Shown piece after piece: positions 8,849 through 14,630 of a stretch of DNA of 14,630 nt; positions within the stretch are counted from its first letter, which is position 1, and each line of letters opens with the position of its first letter. The position numbers were made by a program, and so were the translations under genes. This DNA comes from a virus: UHGV virus genome UHGV-0081264. The stretch is one strand, 5' to 3'. The notes under the pieces are model-generated. The model was not told the DNA's origin, ran no database searches, and was given only the letters and a program-made list of their open reading frames with translations.

Positions 8849-9049
8849 TCAGTACGTGTAAAGTTGATGACTTGTAGTTTGGTTTTGCTTCGATTGTGTA
8901 GCGGTACCTTGTGAGTACCAAACACCTGTGTTTCCACTCGTACTAGTTTGCTGTGCCATTACACGAGAAGCGAAGTTGTTAACAGTTTCACCAGTCAACA
9001 TTTCTGCCGGTTTGATATTGTAAACATCGTAGAACTCAGCTGGGGTCAT
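8849..9049 (-). CDS. Hypothetical small protein, 66 aa, first gene of the peptidase operon
   Basis: ATG start with GGAG about 8 nt upstream. Ser/Thr/Gln-rich. Its stop is 3 nt before the peptidase ATG. Confidence 0.55.
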   Translation of the reverse strand: MTPAEFYDVYNIKPAEMLTGETVNNFASRVMAQQTSTSGNTGVWYSQGTATQSKQNQTTSHQLYTY

Positions 9050-9073
9050 AATGATAGCTCCTTTTATAGCGCT

Positions 9074-9111
9074 ACATATAGTGCCTGTGCCAAGGGGGAC
9101 ATACTATATGT
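9074..9111. promoter_or_regulatory. Perfect 9-bp inverted repeat ACATATAGT-N20-ACTATATGT in the promoter region of the 66-aa/peptidase operon
   Basis: Arms at 9074..9082 and 9103..9111 are exact reverse complements. Located 25–60 nt upstream of the 66-aa ORF start and overlapping TATAGT/TATATG -10-like hexamers. Confidence 0.45.
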
Positions 9112-9135
9112 GCCATTGTTGTCATATTTAAATGT

Positions 9136-9160
9136 GCAAAAAGCCTCAAAAGAGGCTTGA
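9136..9160 (-). terminator. Intrinsic terminator (minus strand) downstream of the lysis cassette
   Basis: Minus-strand AAGCCUC-uuuu-GAGGCUU hairpin followed by UUUG. Confidence 0.55.
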
Positions 9161-9419
9161 AAAAGATGCAAAAATACTATCTATGACGTGACTATAGCTA
9201 CTTACCCACAGTTTATACAAGCCAAAAATGCTAAATTCAGATAATCCTATTCGCTGAAAAACTACACAAAAGCTACGTTCATCTTGTCATTAGATAACGT
9301 CAGTAACTTTCACTGGATCTAAGCCATTGGTGAAAAAGCTAATTGCATGATGAAGCACTGTAATGTAGCAGTTGAGGTTGTTAAATGAGAATCACCCTAA
9401 CAATGTCAACGGACATTAT

Positions 9420-9956
9420 TCATTTTCGTAACTTCTCAATCTCTCGTATACCCGCCAGGTTATTGTTGCCCTTCTCAATAACAGCCAGCAAAGGTTCAAT
9501 CCAGAGGACGGCCTGGCAATACGTCATTGAGCTGGCGGCAGCGGTACTATCATCGGTTGCGTTAGTGTTCCCGGTATCGGGGTGCATTGCGCTGGCACGT
9601 AAACGGTACGCGTATTTGAGCAGCCCACCAGCGACATCAGCAGGAACAGGCAGATCACAGGTCTTTTCACGTCGGAGAATCTCCCGGTATTCGATGACAG
9701 TTTTCTCAGTACCGGCATCGATCAGCGAGTTAAGGCGGTTGGCGTTCTCTGCTATCTGGTTAAACCGATTGAAGTTGAAAGCCTGTGTAGTTATCACCGT
9801 CGCCTGCAGCGCGTTATCATTACGTAATACCCGATTCTCACTCTGTTCTGTTTCAAGAGCTGAGCGGCTACGAACCAGTAATACGCTAAGCACTGCAATA
9901 ATGATTACGACAGCCACCAGCAGAACCGCAACAATCGTAATTTTTCTGGGTTTCAT
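9420..9956 (-). CDS. Rz: i-spanin (Rz-like)
   Basis: ATG start overlapping the endolysin stop (TGATG). N-terminal transmembrane segment (KITIVAVLLVAVVIIIAVLSVLLV), then a charged, helix-rich periplasmic domain. An o-spanin ORF is embedded in the +1 frame. Confidence 0.8.
   Translation of the reverse strand: MKPRKITIVAVLLVAVVIIIAVLSVLLVRSRSALETEQSENRVLRNDNALQATVITTQAFNFNRFNQIAENANRLNSLIDAGTEKTVIEYREILRREKTCDLPVPADVAGGLLKYAYRLRASAMHPDTGNTNATDDSTAAASSMTYCQAVLWIEPLLAVIEKGNNNLAGIREIEKLRK
9524..9718 (-). CDS. Rz1: o-spanin (Rz1-like lipoprotein) embedded within Rz
   Basis: Entirely inside Rz in another frame. Lipobox LVGC followed by a Pro-rich tail (PIPGTLTQPMIVPLPPAQ). The true start may lie downstream of the ATG at 9718. 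Confidence 0.7.
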   Translation of the reverse strand: MPVLRKLSSNTGRFSDVKRPVICLFLLMSLVGCSNTRTVYVPAQCTPIPGTLTQPMIVPLPPAQ

Positions 9957-10528
9957 CAGAATACCCCCGGAACTGATACCGGAATGCCTGGGTTAAGCGG
10001 CCCGAGCCCATCACCAAGAACCTGAGGTTTTTCTGCCCACAGGCAAACTTCACGCTCAATCTCACGCCGGGTAATCAACCCTTTCCATTGCTTACCACCG
10101 GCATATGTCCATCGACGAAGCTGATCACATGCGCCTTTGATATCACCCTGGTTTATTTTGTAGAGAAGAGTGGAGGTTTTGAAATTGCCAGCACCGACGT
10201 TGTAGACAAACGAGTAAAGAGCGCCCCGAGTAGTTTCAGGGATCGGAACCTTGATGTACGGATTAATCTGCTGCGCTACGGTGGTGAGGTCTTTATTAAG
10301 TAACGCTCGACACTCTGCTTTGGTGTAGGTCTTGCCGAGGATAATATCTTTACCAGTATGGCCCCAGCATACAGTCCACACTCCAACAACATCCCGATAA
10401 GGCTGATAGCGTACACCTTCAAGGCCATCATTACCCGTTGGGCCAGTAATCAACGCCGCAGCGATAGCAATAGCGCCAGCGGGTATCGCTGCAATAACGC
10501 TATTCTTCAGCTTTGGTGACATTGCCAT
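9956..10528 (-). CDS. R: SAR endolysin (GH24, T4-type lysozyme fold)
   Basis: ATG start. Gly/Ala-rich weakly hydrophobic N-terminus ([22 protein letters not shown]) typical of a signal-anchor-release domain, followed by the E-x8-D-x5-T catalytic motif ([24 protein letters not shown]). Confidence 0.85.
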   Translation of the reverse strand: MAMSPKLKNSVIAAIPAGAIAIAAALITGPTGNDGLEGVRYQPYRDVVGVWTVCWGHTGKDIILGKTYTKAECRALLNKDLTTVAQQINPYIKVPIPETTRGALYSFVYNVGAGNFKTSTLLYKINQGDIKGACDQLRRWTYAGGKQWKGLITRREIEREVCLWAEKPQVLGDGLGPLNPGIPVSVPGVF

Positions 10529-10778
10529 TAAGCCGGTCCTCCCTTTCCTTTTTCCTGTAATACCAATTCACTGCACAGGTGATTACAGTGCATGCGATAC
10601 CGACAATAATTGCCCAGTCGCTCAGGCTTAACCCTGCAATTCTGTCGGCCAACATCCAGGACACCTCTTTTGCTGTTTTAGCTGTTTCGGCATATGCCTT
10701 CGCTGATACACCGCAGCCGGTCAGCGTGGTTCCTGTTCCATATGAAAGTCTGCTGTAAATGGTGCTCATTCTGGTCAT
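10500..10778 (-). CDS. S: Class II holin, pinholin-like (phage 21 S-like), with dual-start motif
   Basis: Starts MTRMSTIY (Met1 and Met4). Two transmembrane segments; the C-terminal end ...[13 protein letters not shown] parallels S21 ...NLYFKIREDRRK as I recall it. Strong GGAGGTGAGG Shine-Dalgarno. 3' end overlaps the endolysin start. Confidence 0.8.
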   Translation of the reverse strand: MTRMSTIYSRLSYGTGTTLTGCGVSAKAYAETAKTAKEVSWMLADRIAGLSLSDWAIIVGIACTVITCAVNWYYRKKEREDRLNGNVTKAEE

Positions 10779-10888
10779 AGCCTCACCTCCGATTTTTCGG
10801 ATGGCGCTGTGTGTGTATGAAAAGGATCAGGCTTCACTGGCTGGATTTATCAACAAAGCACGTAGCGGATGATTCCCGGAAGCCTGAA

Positions 10889-10914
10889 ATAAAAAAGCCC
10901 CGCTATTACGGGGC
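10889..10914 (-). terminator. Intrinsic terminator (minus strand) after the 213-aa ORF
   Basis: Minus-strand GCCCCG-uaauag-CGGGGC hairpin followed by UUUUUUAUUU, about 20 nt after the stop at 10935. Confidence 0.7.
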
Positions 10915-10934
10915 AGTTAATAGAATTATAAAGT

Positions 10935-11576
10935 TTAAAAGTTTAAAGGAACCATAAAGCTACCAGGCTCTGCACCAGCTTCTTTATTTATTTCTTTACG
11001 GATTACCTCATTAATCTGAAAAGCCTCATTGTATACTTTTTCTAAGTTAATTGACGCCTTCATATTATAGTATGTTTTTTCCTCACAAACATATAACCTT
11101 ATCGGATATGGCCTAGGGTTGATTGCCTTCCAGTGGGAGATCACAAAATTATAAACTGCAATACCATGACCTTTCATCTTCCCTGCTGTAACATCAATGT
11201 TTAGCTGATCTAAATACTCATCGAAGTGTTGCAAGGTGTTTCTCACCCTCACGGAATTAATTTCCTTAATTTCAATATCTTTTATTTTTTCTTGAAGGTA
11301 ATTACTTCGCTCAATATGCAATCTGAATTGTTCAGGGGATTCTTCCCTAGTCTGATTTTTAGGAACTGCGATTAGTTTCTTGACGTTAGCCGCATCTGAA
11401 AGAATACTATTTATTAATATATGAATATTGTAATCAATTTTAAAGTAGTAACCAGCATCAGGAAGTGGTGTCTCATGAAAGAGCTCTTCACAGCGTGTTT
11501 TTATCGAATGAGTTAACAACCATAATTCGTGCAAATAAATAAAATTAAGTTTCATTTGCTCAAAGGTTTTTGACAT
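10935..11576 (-). CDS. Hypothetical protein, 213 aa, AT-rich accessory gene between Q and the holin
   Basis: ATG start with GGAG about 9 nt upstream and its own terminator downstream. Strongly AT-rich, with Lys/Ile/Asn/Tyr-rich composition. I do not recognise the protein. Confidence 0.6.
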   Translation of the reverse strand: MSKTFEQMKLNFIYLHELWLLTHSIKTRCEELFHETPLPDAGYYFKIDYNIHILINSILSDAANVKKLIAVPKNQTREESPEQFRLHIERSNYLQEKIKDIEIKEINSVRVRNTLQHFDEYLDQLNIDVTAGKMKGHGIAVYNFVISHWKAINPRPYPIRLYVCEEKTYYNMKASINLEKVYNEAFQINEVIRKEINKEAGAEPGSFMVPLNF

Positions 11577-11905
11577 AGCGAACTCTCCTTTTCAATAGTC
11601 CGCTTTTATAGCATTTACATAAGGGGCCTGTGAATTACTATTCTGTTGCTTACCACACTCTCGCAGTGGCCGCGCTCATGCCTTTGAGACCGTAGTCAGG
11701 GGTATCTCATGAATCCCTCACCTCTAACCGGAGAACGATTGGCGATCGTTCTGGAGTACCGGCACACCTCTTCTTTATTAACCCTAACCAGTGTGTGTTG
11801 CAGTTCGTACCTGCATCTGGCTCTCATGGAGACTCGGGACCGCATCACGACTGCGGATTTGCCTATCGGCTGCGGTCTATCCGTTTACTGGTGCATTTTC
11901 TTACC

Positions 11906-11945
11906 CTCCAGAAACGTAAAAGCCCCGGCAAACGCAAGGGCTACA
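11906..11945 (-). terminator. Terminator-like hairpin plus vestigial RBS and start; partial duplicate of the element at 12670..12703
   Basis: Minus-strand AGCCC-uugcguuugcc-GGGGCU followed by UUUACGUUUCUGGAGGG then ATGcaccagTAA. The 24/25-nt core CCTCCAGAAACG(T/C)AAAAGCCCCG is shared with 12665..12689. Confidence 0.4.
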
Positions 11946-12033
11946 AGAAGAACCAGCCCATGAGACTAGCGACATAACCCTATGCTTGATATTGTTAAAT
12001 CGCCAAATGTAACAATTAAATTCGGGAAAATTT

Positions 12034-12480
12034 ATGAGCAATTATTCGGATCTTCTTCAGGCAATAAAACTAAGAGTTTGCCAAAACAACAACATACCTA
12101 TTCCCTCTCTCACTGGCTCAGGCAGTTATCAGGCAAGGCAAGTATGGAACCGTATTGCGCAAATATTTACACTAGAATGCATACTAGCGGCACACAGAAA
12201 TGAATACGGCTCCGTTTTCGTTCCACTTGAAAATGAAAAAGCACTTCATCACATAATTTTTCTAAAAACAAAGTGGAATTTGGCAGAGATCAGAACTCTT
12301 TCTTTAAATGACTCACTCTTTATCATTGCAGAAATGTTCCGTTCAGACGCAATCCCACCAGATGCAAAGGTCTTTATGGAGTCGGTGCGCATACCTGAGC
12401 CTATTGCTTATCCACTAGAGGACTTTTCAGATGAGGACTGGGATCCCAAGGGAAACTCAGTTTTCCTTCAAAGCCATTAG
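12034..12480 (+). CDS. Hypothetical protein, 148 aa, plus strand
   Basis: ATG start with a weak GGGAA Shine-Dalgarno. Candidate sigma70 promoter upstream (TTGATA-N18-TAACAAT, about 11958–11990) and a strong plus-strand terminator about 35 nt downstream. AT-rich. Confidence 0.5.
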   Translation: MSNYSDLLQAIKLRVCQNNNIPIPSLTGSGSYQARQVWNRIAQIFTLECILAAHRNEYGSVFVPLENEKALHHIIFLKTKWNLAEIRTLSLNDSLFIIAEMFRSDAIPPDAKVFMESVRIPEPIAYPLEDFSDEDWDPKGNSVFLQSH

Positions 12481-12661
12481 CAGACATCTGCTCTAATTCT
12501 GCAGAAATTTCATTGAGCCGCTCTTCAAGAGCGGCCTTTTCTTTTCCCAAAATGTTGAAGCGTGCCAGGTACAGTCTTTGCTGCCCCAACCAGTCTTCAA
12601 GCTGTTCAGGTGTTAGCCCTGGATTATAAAAATGAGGCTGATGATTTTCCTGCTTGGGCAT
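12401..12661 (-). CDS. Hypothetical small protein, about 87 aa (MPKQENHQPHFYNPGLTPEQLEDWLG...)
   Basis: ATG at 12661 with GGAGG 4 nt upstream, directly after the tR'-like terminator. Its 3' end overlaps the plus-strand 148-aa gene by about 80 nt, and the plus-strand terminator hairpin lies inside it, so it may be spurious. Confidence 0.3.
   Translation of the reverse strand: MPKQENHQPHFYNPGLTPEQLEDWLGQQRLYLARFNILGKEKAALEERLNEISAELEQMSANGFEGKLSFPWDPSPHLKSPLVDKQ
12517..12546 (+). terminator. Intrinsic terminator (plus strand) for the 148-aa gene
   Basis: GCCGCTCTT-c-AAGAGCGGC perfect palindrome (12517..12535) followed by CTTTTCTTTTCC. Confidence 0.65.
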
Positions 12662-12669
12662 ACATCCTC

Positions 12670-12703
12670 CAGAAACGCAAAAGCCCCGCACGATGGCGAG
12701 GCT
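12670..12703 (-). terminator. Intrinsic terminator (minus strand), tR'-like, downstream of Q
   Basis: Minus-strand GCCUCGCC-aucgu-GCGGGGC stem (one U·G wobble) followed by UUUUGCGUUU. Same stem sequence as the terminator at 7898..7924. Confidence 0.55.
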
Positions 12704-12773
12704 CCTTAAAATCATTTACTGCCAGTGCATACAACAATGGCACAATATCAGATTTACATGAAATATATGCGTT
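12704..12773 (-). promoter_or_regulatory. Candidate late promoter region (pR'-like) between Q and the tR'-like terminator
   Basis: Positional inference only: AT-rich 70-nt gap directly after the Q stop and before a terminator. Possible -35/-10 hexamers (TTGTAT / TTTTAA) cannot be fixed by eye. Confidence 0.25.
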
Positions 12774-13463
12774 TTAATCCAGTTTTGCAATATTTTGGTG
12801 TGAATTTGTCGCCTTTTGTTGTGAACGTGATCGCGTTACTTGCAATAAAGCCTCGCTGTCGAGGCTCATGAAGATTCGCTTCATCTCCACCCAGCGGTCG
12901 GTAAACGTCTCTGACCAGTTCTTTGGTGTCACGCCCACCAATTCTGCCAGCGCCTGGTACTCGTATGTCTCACGCCCACCCAACCCCGCTTTCACATCCT
13001 GCGCCGCCAGCCAGATTAGCTTCTTCAGTCGCTCCATCGTTTTGCCTGCCACCCGCTTACCTTCCAGTTGCTGGCTGAACTCTGCCCACGCCCACTGGGT
13101 GATCGCCACCTGGTATTCGAAGCGGATATTCTCGCTGTAGTTCCACAGAAGCCATGCTTTCTGGTGGTCTTCAAGCGACAGCACCGCGCGGCGCCACGAT
13201 GCGGTCACAAACTCAACCGGCCCCACCAGCGCGATAGATGATCCCTTTGCGCGGGACTGGCTGCCGCTCATCGCCGGGCCGTCAGGGTTAACTTTCCGAC
13301 CAGTGACCGGGTCGGTGATTTTCTTCCTGCCCCGGCTGCGCGCCGTCGCGGTGAACTGCGCGTTTTCGGCGAAAGCTACCAGCTGCCCTTTCGTCGCCCC
13401 GCTGAGGTCTGCGGTCGCCACAATGAGCTGCTGACGTACGTATTCCAGTTGCTGACTGTTCAT
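12774..13463 (-). CDS. Putative late-gene antitermination protein Q (non-lambda type)
   Basis: 229-aa ORF, ATG start with GAAGGAAG Shine-Dalgarno. Sits between NinG and the lysis region where lambdoid phages carry Q. The sequence is unlike lambda Q, so the family assignment is by position and weak recollection. Confidence 0.5.
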   Translation of the reverse strand: MNSQQLEYVRQQLIVATADLSGATKGQLVAFAENAQFTATARSRGRKKITDPVTGRKVNPDGPAMSGSQSRAKGSSIALVGPVEFVTASWRRAVLSLEDHQKAWLLWNYSENIRFEYQVAITQWAWAEFSQQLEGKRVAGKTMERLKKLIWLAAQDVKAGLGGRETYEYQALAELVGVTPKNWSETFTDRWVEMKRIFMSLDSEALLQVTRSRSQQKATNSHQNIAKLD

Positions 13464-13572
13464 GCGGCTTCCTTCTGTGGCTGGTTGGTTTTGGTCTGGC
13501 TGTGCTTTGCTACTGGTGGCATGCAGGCGCGCTTAACGCTTTCTGCCTGGTACCGCAGGAAGTCGGCGTGGT

Positions 13573-14223
13573 TCATGCTGCCTCCTGTCGGCGGGCGCGG
13601 CGTTTTTCCAGCGCGCGGGCTTTGCGTGTGAAAATGGATTTGATGCGCTGAAGGTATGGGATATCGAAGCGGCGCGGATCGTTATCAGATTCAAGGCGCT
13701 CGACACGTTCCTGTCCGATACGCTCAATCAGACGGATCCGGTACTCGACAGCATTGCCGCTCAACTGCCGGTTGCAGCGGGTGCAAGCGGAGTGGACGTT
13801 AAACACGTTGAATTTGAGATGCGATGCAGCGCCGCGCGAACGGTAATGGCTGGCGTCAATGGCGCTGCCTGTCAGGTAATTGCTCTTGCCGATGAGTGGA
13901 TTGCCGCAGCTGACGCATTCTTTTCCCTCGTCCCGGATCCGTATGTAGCGGTTGAAGGCCGATTGGGCCTCCTTATCCCACTGGGATTTAGACTTTAGTG
14001 ACTCGCGCTTTTCTTGTCGGCGTTTGCGCCCTTCCTTCTCTGCCTCTTTCTGCTCCTTGATCCGTTTAGCCACGGCTTTCACCTTCTCCTTTTCGCGCTC
14101 TTCCATCGCGAGGATTGCGCCGTGCTCCGGGCAGCACCAGCGGATCCGGATGTCGTAGAATTTCGGCACGAAGTATTCCCCGCATACTTTGCACTTACGG
14201 CGGGATGGTTTACGCATGTTCAC
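13573..14223 (-). CDS. ninG: NinG/Rap-like recombination protein
   Basis: Track start is a GTG at 14223; an ATG lies two codons in. [11 protein letters not shown]...WCCPEHG... and the C-terminal ...[20 protein letters not shown]...RRQEAA parallel lambda NinG as I recall it. Confidence 0.85.
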   Translation of the reverse strand: MNMRKPSRRKCKVCGEYFVPKFYDIRIRWCCPEHGAILAMEEREKEKVKAVAKRIKEQKEAEKEGRKRRQEKRESLKSKSQWDKEAQSAFNRYIRIRDEGKECVSCGNPLIGKSNYLTGSAIDASHYRSRGAASHLKFNVFNVHSACTRCNRQLSGNAVEYRIRLIERIGQERVERLESDNDPRRFDIPYLQRIKSIFTRKARALEKRRARRQEAA

Positions 14224-14630
14224 CGCCTTGCACCTTTACCAGCGTGAGGTTTCCGCAGAACACGGCGCCGGTGTCGATGTACATCTGGTTGGCATACTTC
14301 AGGGGCTGGCGAGCTGGAGTGTGCCCGAAGATAAACAGATCAGCACCGGCTATCGGCGATACAATGCCGTCCAGAGCGTCGCTAACCCGCTCGCGGTTCC
14401 AGATCACCATTTCTTCTGGTACTGGCTTATCGAATGCGTATTCGTTGTGCGGATAGTCAGCGTGGCATATGACGATTTTACGCTCAGCGGTAACCAGCTC
14501 GATGACGAGTGGCAGCTCAGCTGCTTTGTGAACCAGAGCCTTAGCCAGCACTTCTTTGTCATAGTCGAGATTGAAGAACCAGCCGCCACCATTTGCCAAC
14601 CAGTGATTGACGTTCCCATACTCCGATAGC
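14210..14630 (-). CDS. ninI: Ser/Thr protein phosphatase, lambda NinI (orf221)-like; 5' end beyond the window
   Basis: ...[34 protein letters not shown]...[19 protein letters not shown] is near-identical to the lambda phosphatase C-terminal half from memory. The track's start at 14599 is an internal TTG; the frame is open to the window edge. Confidence 0.85.
   Translation of the reverse strand, partial: LSEYGNVNHWLANGGGWFFNLDYDKEVLAKALVHKAAELPLVIELVTAERKIVICHADYPHNEYAFDKPVPEEMVIWNRERVSDALDGIVSPIAGADLFIFGHTPARQPLKYANQMYIDTGAVFCGNLTLVKVQGGEHA

Noticed and set aside
9385-9996. 203-aa plus-strand ORF
   Set aside because: Antisense to the Rz/Rz1 spanin genes; no RBS and composition consistent with a shadow ORF.
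11577-11990. tRNA gene(s) in the Q–holin intergenic region
   Set aside because: No T-loop or acceptor-stem pattern was recognisable on either strand by eye; tRNAscan-SE would be needed to be sure.
12401-12715. Full 104-aa version of the minus-strand ORF (start at 12715)
   Set aside because: The first 18 codons would run through the tR'-like terminator hairpin and lack an RBS. If the ORF is real, it more likely starts at the ATG at 12661 behind GGAGG.
12868-13140. Plus-strand ORFs over the Q and NinG/NinI region (12868..13140, 13449..13631, 13792..14629)
   Set aside because: Antisense shadows of well-supported minus-strand genes.
1-14630. CRISPR array, insertion sequence or transposase, integrase or attachment site
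   Set aside because: No regularly spaced direct repeats, no transposase- or integrase-like ORF, and no host-junction signature were seen. The window appears internal to the phage genome.

Overview
This window is the late region of a lambda-like (lambdoid) phage or prophage, read in reverse: almost every real gene is on the minus strand. From right to left it runs NinI-like phosphatase (partial) – NinG/Rap – putative antiterminator Q – accessory island 1 – pinholin / SAR endolysin / Rz-Rz1 lysis cassette – accessory island 2 – cos site – terminase small (Nu1) and large (A) subunits – gpW – portal (gpB) – head protease gpC (partial). The packaging and head genes match phage lambda closely, judged from my memory of the lambda proteins; no search was run. 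The two accessory islands are visibly AT-rich, bounded by intrinsic terminators, and hold genes I cannot assign to a known function. Island 2 (about 5.5–9.4 kb, between Rz and cos) holds a translationally coupled small ORF plus ClpP/S49-fold serine peptidase with a palindromic operator, a KilA-N domain protein with a coupled small ORF, an operator-like repeat array, a convergent small-ORF pair, and a 155-aa ORF with a structured leader. Island 1 (about 10.9–12.7 kb, between Q and the holin) holds a 213-aa ORF with its own terminator and an opposite-strand 148-aa gene with its own promoter and terminator, flanked by a 24/25-nt direct repeat. These islands are the best candidates for an undescribed accessory, possibly defence or exclusion, system, but that is positional inference only. 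No tRNA, CRISPR array, integrase or transposase was found.
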